Origin: an uncultured Phycisphaerales bacterium
Lineage (GTDB): Bacteria; Planctomycetota; Phycisphaerae; Tepidisphaerales; Tepidisphaeraceae
Reading direction: 5' to 3'
Assembly: GCA_963758525.1 (NCBI GenBank)
Contig: CAVWVQ010000003.1
Span: 1,152,001 to 1,216,000, forward strand
Length of the DNA: 64,000 bases
This document shows, piece after piece, positions 41,517 to 52,100 of the stretch. Below the pieces are notes generated by a model, which was not told the origin of the DNA, searched no databases, and worked only from the letters and a program-made list of their open reading frames with translations. The number at the start of each line of letters is the position of its first letter. Position 1 is the first letter of the stretch. Both the position numbers and the translations under genes were made by a program.

Positions 41517-42703
41517 ATGAGCAAACGCGTCTTTATCACTGTCGCCGAGGTGAGCGGCGACCTGCACGCGGCGCAGCTCATCAGAAGCCTCCGAAGAATG
41601 GCCCCCGATCTGATCATCGAAGGCATCGGGGGGCCGGCCATGGCGCAGGCGGGAGCCAAGCTGCACCGCGAAACGGTCGGAGGGGCGGCAATGACTGGCG
41701 CGGGGCGCTGCGGGCCGTGGAAGTCTGGAACCTGCTCCGCTGGACTCGGCGATACTTCGCGGAGTTTCAGCCGGACCTGCAGATCTGCGTGGATTCGTTC
41801 GCGATGAACATCCATTTCGCCAAAGCGGCCCGCGCGATGGGCGTGCCGGTGCTGATGTATGTCGCGCCGCAGCTTTGGGCGTGGCGCGAAGGACGGATGA
41901 AAAAACTGCGCCGAAACGTGGACCGCGTCGCTTGCCTGCTGCCATTCGAGGAGGCGTATTTCCGCGGGCACGGGGTGAACGCCACCTTCGTCGGGCATCC
42001 TCTGTTTGACGAGTTGCCGGCGGACCGCGCGCCTGCGCTCGACGCGGATGCCGCCCGCGCGGGTCTGACCGTCGGCCTGCTGCCCGGATCGCGAAAGTCG
42101 GAGGCGGCAAGCAACTTCCCGCACATGCTCGACGTGGCCGAGCAGATTCGCCGGCAGATCCCCAACGTCAATTTCCTGGTCCCAACGACTGCGGCAACGC
42201 ATCCGGTTGTCGCACGGCACATCGAAACGTGGCGGAGCGCCAACGCGGATCGCAAGATCGACTTCGCCCTGGGCGGATTTGACGAAATGGTCCCTCGTTG
42301 CGACCTGTGCATTACCGTGTCGGGAACGGCAACTCTGCATGTCGCCAGCTTTGGCGTGCCGATGATCGTCGTGTATCGGGCGCATCCGATCGCCTGGCAT
42401 GGGGCGGCGCGATGGCTGATGAAGACGCGCACCTTTGCGCTGGTGAATCTGCTGGCGGGGGGAAGGCCGCCGGATCGGAGAGACGATCGCTTGCAACATA
42501 TTGTGCCGGAGTTCGTGCCCTGGTACGGCTCGAATGTGCCGGTCGCGAACTTAGCGATCGAGCTGCTCCGCCATCCGGAGCAACGGGCGGCACAGCGGGC
42601 GCGGCTCAACCAACTGGTACGGACGCTGGATCGCCCTGGTGCATCCAACAATGTGGCACGAATAGCTCTTGAGCTAATCGCTGCACCCCATTTTTCAACT
42701 TAA
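41517..42703 (+). CDS. lpxB: Lipid-A-disaccharide synthase (frameshift ~41695)
   Basis: EVSGDLHAA, YVAPQLWAWR, LPFEE, FVGHPL, LLPGSR, SGTATL. Confidence 0.9.
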
Positions 42704-42947
42704 CTTCATGCTAATTCAAGCTTAGCGCACAATTTCCTGAAATTTCTGTTGAATTGCCGTGTCGGATCGGACATAATACAGATTCGGTGCCTGCGGAGAG
42801 AATGCAGTCCGTATGTAGGGCAATGCGAGCGCCCTGCGGGTTGTTTTCCAGCACCTCTGGGTGGCCGTTTGCTACATGCGTACTGAGGGACAGAGTAATC
42901 CGCGCCGTAAAGCAGGCGGGCATCCGCCCGCCGCAGAGTCCTGCACC

Positions 42948-43928
42948 ATGGACTTCCGCGGACTGATCGGCGATTCCCCCGCCATGCAGAGATTGTGCAA
43001 GATGGCGGCAGGCGTCGCCAAACGCCTCTGCACCGTTGTGGTTCTCGGGGAAACCGGCACCGGCAAGGAAGTGCTGGCCCGATACATTCATCAACGATCC
43101 GACCGCGTGAAAGGCCCTTTTGTGCCGGTCGATTGCGCGTCGTTGCCGGAGCCGCTTTTCGAGAGCCAGTTGTTTGGTCACGCCCGCGGGGCGTTCACCG
43201 GCGCCTCCCGCGATTCGCTGGGAGCCATCCGCAGCGCCGACGGCGGCACGCTCTTTCTCGATGAGGTAGGCGAGCTGAATCTCAACGTGCAGGCGAAGCT
43301 GCTGCGTGCATTGCAGGAGCGCGCGGTCGTGCCGGTGGGAGAATCAACCCCCCGGCCGGTTGACGTTCGCGTCATCTGCGCAACCAACCGAGATCTCCAG
43401 GCGATGGTGAAAACCGGCGCATTTCGCCAGGATTTGTTCTTCCGCCTGCATGTCGTGGTGCTCATGCTCCCGCCCCTGCGCGATCGCCGGGAAGACGTTT
43501 TCTCGCTCTGCCAGCACTTTCTGGCGATGCAGGCGCATACGTACAACGAGGCCCAGAAGCAGCTCTCCGATGAGGCCGCCGAGGCGCTCAAAGCCTACAA
43601 CTGGCCGGGAAATATCCGCGAACTGGGCAACGCGATGGAACAGGCGCACGTCCTGGCGGCCTCCGAATTGATCGGGCTTGCCGATATTCCTGCCCATATC
43701 GCCTACCCCGTCTCGACCCCTGCCTCCGCCGCCCCGGTCGGTGCGCAGAGCAAGCCCGCCGGCGACCTCAGCATGGTCGAAGTCGAACGCCGCGCCATCG
43801 GCGAAGCCTTAAAGCGAACCCGGTTCAATAAAGCCGCCGCCAGCCGCCTGCTGCAAATGAACGTCAAGCGCCTCAACCGCCGAATCATCCGCACCGGTAT
43901 CGAACTCCCCGACAAGAACACCCAGTAG
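42948..43928 (+). CDS. Sigma-54-dependent activator without an N-terminal regulatory domain
   Basis: GETGTGKE, GAFTGA, LFLDEVGE, WPGNIREL, C-terminal Fis-type HTH. Confidence 0.92.
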   Translation: MDFRGLIGDSPAMQRLCKMAAGVAKRLCTVVVLGETGTGKEVLARYIHQRSDRVKGPFVPVDCASLPEPLFESQLFGHARGAFTGASRDSLGAIRSADGGTLFLDEVGELNLNVQAKLLRALQERAVVPVGESTPRPVDVRVICATNRDLQAMVKTGAFRQDLFFRLHVVVLMLPPLRDRREDVFSLCQHFLAMQAHTYNEAQKQLSDEAAEALKAYNWPGNIRELGNAMEQAHVLAASELIGLADIPAHIAYPVSTPASAAPVGAQSKPAGDLSMVEVERRAIGEALKRTRFNKAAASRLLQMNVKRLNRRIIRTGIELPDKNTQ

Positions 43929-44007
43929 CGGCATCTTCTCCGCTGTCCACCGCTCATCATTGATCAGGTTCTCCGCCCCCCGCGTGCGCGAACCGGGCGG
44001 CGTTCGC

Positions 44008-44276
44008 CCTGGCATGAGCGTCCCGCCCATGCGAGTTGCGCAGAGCTTACTGAAGCCTTCGGATATCCGAGGTTCTCTTGCTCCCACGTCGCTAACACGG
44101 GCGGGACGCCCGCGCCACGCGGAGAATTTTTGGTGCGTTGACGATTGCAAAACGTTCCCCGTGGCATGGGCATCCTGCCCATGCGAGCTGCGCAGCGCTT
44201 ACTGAAGCCTTCGGATATCCAAGATTCTCCTTCTCCCACGTCGCTACTAACACGGGCGGGACGCCCGTGCCACGGG
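44008..44276. repeat. Two tandem MITE-like elements
   Basis: 44008-44119 and 44159-44276 share terminal inverted repeats and interior GCTTACTGAAGCCTTCGGATATCC. Confidence 0.88.
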
Positions 44277-44453
44277 CAACGCTTGGTTGCAACTCCAGCC
44301 CCATCACCGCGCCGACGGGTCATTACGGGCATCCGGCAGCCCAAAATGACCCCTCGTGGTCCGCTGCGCACTGCGCGTGCCAGAACCGCTCCGCAGCGCT
44401 CAACCCCCCGGCGTGCAGCGAGTTGCGCGAATTGCAAATTCTTGTGTTGCAGT

Positions 44454-44469
44454 CGGCACGAATCTCGCT
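44454..44469 (+). promoter_or_regulatory. Candidate sigma-54 (-24/-12) promoter
   Basis: CGGCACGAATCTCGCT against consensus TGGCACG-N4-TTGCW, with correct GG-N10-GC spacing. Confidence 0.5.
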
Positions 44470-44638
44470 TTAGGGCAGATCGCACCTTCAACGAAAGGCA
44501 GTCTGCGATATGGATACTTCGGTTTTATCACCAGCGATTTTAGCCATTTGCCTGGATCTTCGATCATTGTCATATAAAGCGGATCAGTCGTGGGCGGAAG
44601 ATGCCCGCGACCCCCTGCCGCGCTCGCTCGCCGAGCGG

Positions 44639-45025
44639 ATGACCTGGAACGCGGACGTCGCGACCGGCGGCTCGCGCTCCCGATCGCGATCGAAATCGCG
44701 GCCGGCCAGCGCCGCGGGCCGCTTCGCCGATGCGGGTCTGAACATCATGCAGGCCGAGTCGGCCACGGACGCGCTGGCGCTGCTGCGGGTGCTGCGCTTC
44801 GACCTTGGGCTGATCGGAGCCGACACGCTGGGCATGTCAGTTCCTTCGCTGCTCCGGCAGATCCAGATCGTCTCTCCGGGAACGCGATGCATCGTCGTCT
44901 CTTCAACGATGGATCAGCCCAGCGAGCGATCCATCCGTGAAGCGGGCGTGCTGGCGATCCTGGATGCGCCGCTGCCTGTCGACCAGTTGCGGGATGTCGT
45001 CAGCCACCTCGCCCTTTGCCATTAA
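44639..45025 (+). CDS. Atypical stand-alone receiver-like protein
   Basis: AESATDALALL...FDLGLIG...CIVVSS...EAGVLAIL CheY-like pattern, phospho-acceptor Asp not evident; start uncertain. Confidence 0.55.
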   Translation: MTWNADVATGGSRSRSRSKSRPASAAGRFADAGLNIMQAESATDALALLRVLRFDLGLIGADTLGMSVPSLLRQIQIVSPGTRCIVVSSTMDQPSERSIREAGVLAILDAPLPVDQLRDVVSHLALCH

Positions 45026-45067
45026 GCACGTCCCAAGGAGCCGAACGCACTCGGCGCGGAGAACCCT

Positions 45068-45904
45068 ATGCGATCCACACTTTCCCCAACCGGTCGAGCT
45101 TTCGATCACCTGCGCACGCGGACGGCCCGCATGGCCGCCGCCGCGGCGCTGTGTGCATCTACCGCAATCGCGGCAAGGGCTTCGACGGGAACCTTTACGA
45201 CATCCGAATATGTCTCGGCGGGCCAGGGCACGAGCAGCCTGGCGCGAGCCGACAATTTGTTCGGCAACAGCGCCGCGTGCAAAGCAACAACCACGACCGA
45301 TTCCGAGTTCGTCAACTTCAAGACGACCGGCGAGCCCGGCCGCATGCATTTCCCGGGCTGGACGCCCTTCCCGGTTGCCGAGCCGCACAAGGATCACAAC
45401 TTTGCGATGCACATCAGCGGCCAGGTCGAGATTCCCCAGGCGGGCGCGTGGACCTTCGGCGTGAAGAGCAACGGCGGCTTCCATCTGCAGATCGGCGACG
45501 AGTCGATGCAGCGAAAAGCGTCGTCCGGCAGCTCCAACAAAATCACGCCGATGATTTTCGAGCAGGCGGGAACGTATTCCGTCGATCTCACTTATTACGA
45601 AAAGGCCAGCCGCGCGACGCTCGAATTGTTCGCCTCCAAAGGGCGCTTCAGCCGGTTCGGCGCGCACGGCGCTGACTGGCATCTCGTCGGGGACACCGCG
45701 GATGGCGGGTTGGCGCTGACGGACGATTCAACCCCTCTTCCATCAGCGGAAAGCGATCCCAGCACGACCGCCGATGACGCGCCCTCCACCGGCGTCACTT
45801 CTGCCGCCAACGACACATCAGTGCCGGAACCAGGCGGATTCATGATGGCCCTGGCCGCGGCGCCGTGGCTTCTGGGCAGGCGATGGCGCCGCCGGCAGCG
45901 TTGA
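45068..45904 (+). CDS. PA14-like domain PEP-CTERM protein
   Basis: Signal peptide, NFAMHISG...WTFGVKSNGGFHL, C-terminal VPEP-hydrophobic-RRWRRR. Confidence 0.8.
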   Translation: MRSTLSPTGRAFDHLRTRTARMAAAAALCASTAIAARASTGTFTTSEYVSAGQGTSSLARADNLFGNSAACKATTTTDSEFVNFKTTGEPGRMHFPGWTPFPVAEPHKDHNFAMHISGQVEIPQAGAWTFGVKSNGGFHLQIGDESMQRKASSGSSNKITPMIFEQAGTYSVDLTYYEKASRATLELFASKGRFSRFGAHGADWHLVGDTADGGLALTDDSTPLPSAESDPSTTADDAPSTGVTSAANDTSVPEPGGFMMALAAAPWLLGRRWRRRQR

Positions 45905-45967
45905 AATGGACTTCACGTCGTCAGAGAGCTTCTCATTTTTTCATTCAGGATGAACGGAAAAAACAAC

Positions 45968-46759
45968 ATGCGAACCAAACGTTTCCAAATCTTCAATCAA
46001 TCAGAAGCCGGCGCGGTCCGGTCGATCCAGTGTCAAGGCGCGGCAGGGTTCCGCGCGGGGGCGATCGCCGCGCTGCTTGCGGGACTGTGCAGTTTCTTGC
46101 TGTGCGGAACGGCGCGGGCGGACAAGGTCTTTGCTTCCTTCCAGAACGCCGAGCTGGATTTCAGCAATACCGGCTCTGCCGCAACGACCGGCCTGTTTTC
46201 CGCGGGGATCCCGCTGCAGGTGACCTTCCAGTTTGACGAAAACGTCAGCGGGGATGGCGTGACCTACCTCGCCCAGGAGCCGATCAAGGCGACTGTCACC
46301 TTGAGCTCAGTCGTGGCGGACGTCGTTACCGTCGAGGGTCGAATTCTCGATCAGCCGCTCAAGAACGGAACGCTCGAATTCAAGGACGCGCTCGGACATG
46401 ATTTGCTGACGCTCAGCGGATTCACCGGTGACGTGTCGGGCTTCGCGACCGGCAGCACCGCCACGCTCGGGACGGATACGACGCTGAGCACGCTTCCCGA
46501 TGTCGGCACCTACTCTTCCGATTTCCTGAAATTCGCCCCGTCGAATTCGGTCGTGGAAAGCACCGGCCTGACGCTGGACGTGGATGGGAGTTTTACCGAA
46601 GGCGCAAACAACTACCTGTCGAGCTTCACGGCAAATGCGGACGGAAGCTTCGCGGGCGACGTCGCGTCGGTCCCCGAACCGTCTTCGCTCTGCCTGGCAG
46701 GGCTGGCAACCATCGCCCTGCTGCTCCGCCGGCAACGAAGTCCGCAACCGATTCGTTAA
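45968..46759 (+). CDS. PEP-CTERM sorting domain protein
   Basis: Signal ending TARA, C-terminal VPEPSSLCLAGLATIALLLRRQR. Confidence 0.85.
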   Translation: MRTKRFQIFNQSEAGAVRSIQCQGAAGFRAGAIAALLAGLCSFLLCGTARADKVFASFQNAELDFSNTGSAATTGLFSAGIPLQVTFQFDENVSGDGVTYLAQEPIKATVTLSSVVADVVTVEGRILDQPLKNGTLEFKDALGHDLLTLSGFTGDVSGFATGSTATLGTDTTLSTLPDVGTYSSDFLKFAPSNSVVESTGLTLDVDGSFTEGANNYLSSFTANADGSFAGDVASVPEPSSLCLAGLATIALLLRRQRSPQPIR

Positions 46760-46859
46760 ATGGACGTGCGCGATTACGCGCACGTGCGAGCAGTACGCTG
46801 CCCTTAGGGCAGCCGCTAAACGGTTTTTGGAAGCGCATAATCGCGCAAGGTCATATAGT

Positions 46860-47030
46860 TCACATGGAGTGGTTGAGAGATGACCAGCGGGCAAGAACCT
46901 TGGTGCCGACAGAAGTGATTGCTGAGATCGCCGCGACCACGATCAAGCCGGCGATGAGTGCGTATTCCAGCACCTCGCCACCGCTCTCTTCGCGGATGAC
47001 CCGGGCGAACATTGCAGACAGTTTTCTCAT
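46860..47030 (-). CDS. flp: Flp/Fap type IVb pilin (56 aa, absent from the ORF track)
   Basis: Manual translation MRKLSAMFARVIREESGGEVLEYALIAGLIVVAAISAITSVGTKVLARWSSLNHSM; G-x4-EY motif; GGAG upstream. Confidence 0.88.
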   Translation of the reverse strand: MRKLSAMFARVIREESGGEVLEYALIAGLIVVAAISAITSVGTKVLARWSSLNHSM

Positions 47031-47209
47031 TGTGGCTCTCCATCAGCACGACCAGCATTTCGCTAGGGCTAACCCCTACATCGGCAAAGAGCGTGAAGAG
47101 CGTTTGCGCGTAAGCGGTTTTTTTGGAAGACGCGGGACATTACGGTGCTTCTAAACCCGTGTATCATCGGAGGATACGCCCGTGCTGGGTCCGCAGCCGG
47201 GGGCAAATT

Positions 47210-47713
47210 CTAATAATGCAGCCCATTTCCGCGCAGATGCGTGAATGCGGGTTCATCCGTCCCGAGTTCGCCGGCGATGACCTCGGCGATGAGGACGTCA
47301 TGGTCGCCGTCGAAATCGCAGATCCGCAACACTTTGCATTCAAGCCAGGCCACTGCGTCCGAGAACACGATTTGCCCCCCGGGCGAGGTCCGCACGGCAA
47401 CGCCCTCAAACGGATCAGCCCCGCCCGCAATGGGGCGGGCATAACGCTTAAACAGGGCGGATTGCGACCTGCCCAGCACCGATAACGCGAAGGTTCCCAA
47501 CCCCCGCAGCGCGCCGAGCATCGGCCGATCTTTGGCCAGCGCCATCGAGATTGCCGGCGGCTCAAAGCCGACCTGCTGCACCCAACTCACCAGCATCGCA
47601 TGGGCATCGGGCCTCTGCCCCGCCGTCAGAATGAACAGCCCGCTGGGAATGCGCCCCAGCGCCCGCCCGATCGACGCTGCCCGGGGACTCGACGCTGAAT
47701 GAATTGTGAACAT
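47210..47713 (-). CDS. Flavin reductase-like protein
   Basis: ALGRIPSGLFILT, SWVQQVGFEPP, GDH. Confidence 0.85.
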   Translation of the reverse strand: MFTIHSASSPRAASIGRALGRIPSGLFILTAGQRPDAHAMLVSWVQQVGFEPPAISMALAKDRPMLGALRGLGTFALSVLGRSQSALFKRYARPIAGGADPFEGVAVRTSPGGQIVFSDAVAWLECKVLRICDFDGDHDVLIAEVIAGELGTDEPAFTHLRGNGLHY

Positions 47714-47794
47714 GGGTGCGGGTCTCCAAGGCTTCCTTGGTAGATCGGGTAGTTTACACGAGGGGGTGACATGGGGAAGGAACGTTGGGGAAAA

Positions 47795-47965
47795 GGCACG
47801 AAGGGAAGGGAATGGGGGAGAGGCACGAAGGCACGAAGGGAAGGAAGGGGATTTTTGTTGCTCCGCTCTGCATCACAAAGCTCTTCTTCCTCACCCTTCG
47901 TGCCTTCGTGCCTTCGTGCCTGCTTCCCTTCGTGCCTACGTGCCTTCGTGCCTCTCCCTTGGTGC
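47795..47965. repeat. GGCACGAA octamer inverted-repeat element (intergenic copy)
   Basis: GGCACGAAGGCACGAAGGG...CCCTTCGTGCCTTCGTGCC between convergent/adjacent genes. Confidence 0.85.
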
Positions 47966-47976
47966 CTTTCCCCTTG

Positions 47977-48987
47977 CTACCCAAAATTCGTCACCGCGCC
48001 GGCGGTGCTTTTGGAGAAGGCGTGGAGGTGATTGCCGTTGGCGTCGATGTGGCGAATGGTGAATGTGTCCGGGCGCAGCTCCAGATGAGAAAAACCGTAG
48101 ACCGGCTTGAAGAAAGGGCCGCGATTGTCCTCGAATGGCGACCAGCGCGTCCGTGCGCCGCCGGCTCCGCTCACCACGAAGGATGTGGGATGCCCGTCGA
48201 TCTCCAGATGCTGCAGATCGTGATCGTGGCCGGAGAGATAGAGGTCAACCTTGTGCTTGCTGAGCATCGGCTCGATCGCTTCCACGAGGTCGGCGGTGTC
48301 CCCATGTTTGCCGGCACTGAAAACCGGATGATGCCCGAAGACAAACAGCCAGGGCGTTGCCCGGGGCTTTTCCAGTTCGTCGCTGAGCCATTGCAGTTGC
48401 CGGGCGCGCTCGGCGTCGCCGACCATCTTTTCGTCGCGGTAGGAAAAATTGGTGTCGAGCACGAGAATCGTCGCCAGCGGCTTCTGTGCCGGGAGCGACA
48501 TCCGATACCACTTGGCCGGCAGTGTCCAGCGGGAAGCGGGATTTGCTGTGCGATAGTTGAGCTGCGCATCGACGGATCGATAGCCCGCTTCGTCGTTGTA
48601 GTCATGGTTGCCGAGCATCGCGTGCATCGGGCCGGGAAACGTCTCGGCGGGATACATCGCCTCCAAACTGGTCTGCCAGCGCGGCGACTGAACGCCCTTC
48701 CCGGCCAGACCGCCATAGAAGTTGTCGCCCAGCATGAACAGCGCTTCGGGGTGAAGGTCCGTCTGGATCGTGTATTTGATCATCGACGATGCGACGGCCT
48801 GCTGCCGCGGCATGTCCCCCTTGACGACGCCGTAATCTCCGATGGCCAGATAATGATGGACCAGGTCTGAAGGTGCCGCGGCCGGCTGCGTGTCGGCCGC
48901 CAGCGTGAATCGATCGTTGCCCAGGAGCGCCGCGGCCGCGCTGTAGGCGAACGTCCGCTTCAGAAAGCTTCTGCGCGAAACAGACAT
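47977..48987 (-). CDS. Tat-exported metallophosphoesterase (purple/tartrate-resistant acid phosphatase-like)
   Basis: SRRSFLK Tat motif; GDYG, GDNFY, GNHDY, GHH, GHDH. Confidence 0.9.
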   Translation of the reverse strand: MSVSRRSFLKRTFAYSAAAALLGNDRFTLAADTQPAAAPSDLVHHYLAIGDYGVVKGDMPRQQAVASSMIKYTIQTDLHPEALFMLGDNFYGGLAGKGVQSPRWQTSLEAMYPAETFPGPMHAMLGNHDYNDEAGYRSVDAQLNYRTANPASRWTLPAKWYRMSLPAQKPLATILVLDTNFSYRDEKMVGDAERARQLQWLSDELEKPRATPWLFVFGHHPVFSAGKHGDTADLVEAIEPMLSKHKVDLYLSGHDHDLQHLEIDGHPTSFVVSGAGGARTRWSPFEDNRGPFFKPVYGFSHLELRPDTFTIRHIDANGNHLHAFSKSTAGAVTNFG

Positions 48988-49183
48988 GGAGATCCTCCGA
49001 AATGGGATGACGGGAAGCGGAAACCGGCATGAAAGCTACGCGACGATTACGCGACGTCAACGCGCAATCCGTGGCGTTCGCACATTCTTCATTTCCCCCC
49101 GGGTTAGCCGCGACGCGCAGCGGAGCGCGTATTCGAACGTTCCCAGATTCATGGGCGCACTGGTGACGCCCGCGGGAGTGTCC

Positions 49184-52100
49184 CTAATTCGTCGGCACGT
49201 TGGTAATCCCCGGCTGCGTGTTGTTCGTCGGGGTAATGGTCGACCGATCAATGATGAACGCGCCGCGCCGTTGCGCCACCAGTTCCGGCGACGACGTTCC
49301 CGCGTTGCGCCATCCCTGCACGATCACGTACGCGGTGAACGAATCGGATCGCGTCGTGATCAGGTTGCTGATGCGATTGAGGGCGAGATTCTGATTTTCG
49401 AAGTCGCCGTAGACCTGGTCCGCGCCGGCGGTGGCGGAGTTGGGAGACAGATCGCCGTCTACATTGGACGCGTGCTGGCCGGGAACATTCAGAAGCACAT
49501 TGGTGGTGGGTGTGTCACTCAGGACAGTGCGGATCAAAGTCCCCTGCGGGAGCGGGCCGGGGACGCTGATCGGAACGTTATTGAGCTCAAATATACTTTG
49601 GAACGCTCCGTGCGGGTGCCCTGGAGTTGCCGGTGGCATGGGATTGGCGACCGTCTTGTCGTCCACATCGCGATAATAGACGATCGACTGGGCGATTTGC
49701 TCAGCCTCCTGTGCGGCGGTGTTCGGGGACGCTCCAAATTGCACGCCGTCGACGAATGGAAGCGTTGCCAGCACGCGCCAGTTCGCGGTGTTGATATTGA
49801 TTCGGCCATGCACCGGAACCGTTTCTTCCGTCGCCGATGGGGGAGTGTTGCTGAGTTGCGCGTTAGCGACGGTCGAGCTGACATTCGCGACCGGTTTCGG
49901 AGCGGGAGTCGCGGGATACGCGGCCGGGTCGACGTCAGGGAGATAGTCATCCTGCGGAGACTGAACGGTCACGTAATCGAAGAGACGCTGGGTCCAGTAG
50001 TATTGCGTAGGGGTCGGCCAATAGACCGGCGCGGTGGGGGCCGCCGTTGTGGGGACAAAGGGATATATGAAGTCGTCCCATGGCGGAGAAGTAAGTGTCG
50101 CATCGATTTCGGTAGGAGAGACGGGCTTGCCGGTGGCGTCGACGGTATCCGCCCAGTGGATCGGGCAGAATCGGCCGACATTTTCGCGGCCGAACTCAAT
50201 CGATGTAACCGCATGGGGATCCTGATTTTCTGGAGCGTCATTTGCAAGCGCACTGTCGGAGGGAAGCGAGTTGAGTTCGTACAGCTTCGTATTATCGAGG
50301 CTGGTGACCTGGTACGCGCCGATGAATGTGACCTGCAGCAAATCCACATTGCGGGCGAAACCGCCGAAGGGGAATAGGTTTGCCGAAGTGGTTGCCATGT
50401 TCGGCCCCGGGAAGGAGGTGTTGTTGATCTGCAGCGGGCGATCGATATAGGAACTCTCGCTGGCAGTCGGGGTGATCAGCGTTGAGGGATCCATCTTCCC
50501 GAGCGACGCCAAGGTCGTGGTCTGCGGGCTGGTATTTGAACCCACAGTTGCATAGGTCCCGGCCTGCCGCGGCGACATCGGACCGGTATTACCGTTATAG
50601 ATTGGTCCGGGATAGACAAAGTGCCAGGCCTTCCCGAAGCTGGGATCACTGGGGCGGATATAATGCCATTCATGCCCAGGGTCCGCGTCGGTTTGCGGCA
50701 GGCCCGTGAAATCGTAGGCGTCGACCGGCACCGTCGCGGTTCCGCCGCCAGTGAAGAAAGCAGGAGGCGTGCCCGGCGTCGCTGACACTGGCCGCAACAG
50801 GACCAGCTCGCTGTCCAACGCGCTCGCCAGATCGGGGAGCTCAATCAGCGCCGGCGACCCCCCGACGGTAGCGGTGGGAAGTCCCGAGATCGCCGCTGGC
50901 GGTGTTTTCGATGAGGCAAGGACGATAAAGCCGTTCTTGGGAACGACCGGACCTGTTGTGGCCCAACTGGTCGTCCCGGCGCCGACCGTCGATGGAAGCG
51001 ACGTTACCGTCAGTTGGTTCAAGCCGGTCCCTGGTCGCTTGATCGTGGCGAGCTGCCATCCGTTCAGGGGGATGTCGAACGGATACGGGTTGTACAACTC
51101 CACTGCAACGTAAGCCATCGTCGGGTCCCCGCCGTCGTGGGTGTTGGCATACACCTCCGTGATGAACGGCTGCGGCGCGCTGCCGTAGACGGTGATGTTA
51201 TACGCGGGGGTCCCATTAGCGTCGGTGATGCTGATGGTCTTGCTCAATGGAGCGGTTGTACCGGGGTTGGGAGAAGGAGTGCGAAGCTGCAGCGTGTTGA
51301 TCGCCGCCAGGGCCGCGCACAGCTGCATCTGCGGGAATCCCGGCGTGCCATTGCCCTGACCTGATATCTCCCAGGGGAAATTGCTGGCGGGATAATTGAC
51401 CGTGCGAATTGACGGCTTAAACATCGCGGTCATTCCCAGAGTCGTTCCCAGAGACGTCGCGGTCAGCGGGGCATCGGTCATTGCCGAGTAATACGCTGGC
51501 CAAAGTTGGCCGAATGTTGCGGTGTTCGCCGACGCCTTGGTGGGTCCGCTGCTCCACGACTGCGGCTCCCAGTAGGCGGTGCTCACGCCGGTCTGCGGCG
51601 AATTGCCGGTGTTCTGCTGCATGCAGACGTACGAGCGCGTAACAGTCTCAACTGCATGAGAGACGGGATCGGTGTAGGCATTATCTGTGAACGTAACCCA
51701 GTCGCCAAAGTTGTACTTCAAGGTATTGTCCCACGCGCCGCGGGCGGGCAGCTTGCTGAACGTGAAATTCGAGACGCCGTTCTGCGTGACCAGCATCGAT
51801 CGGAGCGGGACGGTGGCCGCCGCGTTGGCAAAATCGAAATTCGTCTCCGCCCAATTCAGCCAGTTGCTGGGCGAATAAGGCGAAGATGGAGTTCCCGCGA
51901 AACATGAATTGGGAAGATCCTTCTCCAGCGCCGACGAGCTCTGCCCCGAGGGGTTGTGCAGCACGAACCGGTAGGCCATCGTCTGCATTTCCGAAGTGGG
52001 AAGCGCCAGAAATTTGTCGGTGGCGGTGTTGTAGCCGGGATTGCCCAGCCGGCGGCCCAGTTGCATCCAGAATGCCTCGTATTTGGTGGCGAAGCTGAAA

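Noticed and set aside
42654..42670. TGGCACG as a sigma-54 promoter
   Set aside because: No GC at the -12 position with the required spacing, and it lies inside lpxB.
32937..42703. Calling alpha-2-macroglobulin, pbpC and lpxB pseudogenes or programmed frameshifts
   Set aside because: Catalytic motifs are intact, no slippery heptamers were evident, and breaks are scattered across unrelated genes.
49090..49165. Structured ncRNA or tRNA in the intergenic region
   Set aside because: No cloverleaf or recognisable motif; looks like another degenerate palindromic repeat.
47785..50377. Long plus-strand ORFs 47785-48870 and 48986-50377
   Set aside because: Antisense to the phosphatase and K-like gene and partly translated repeats.
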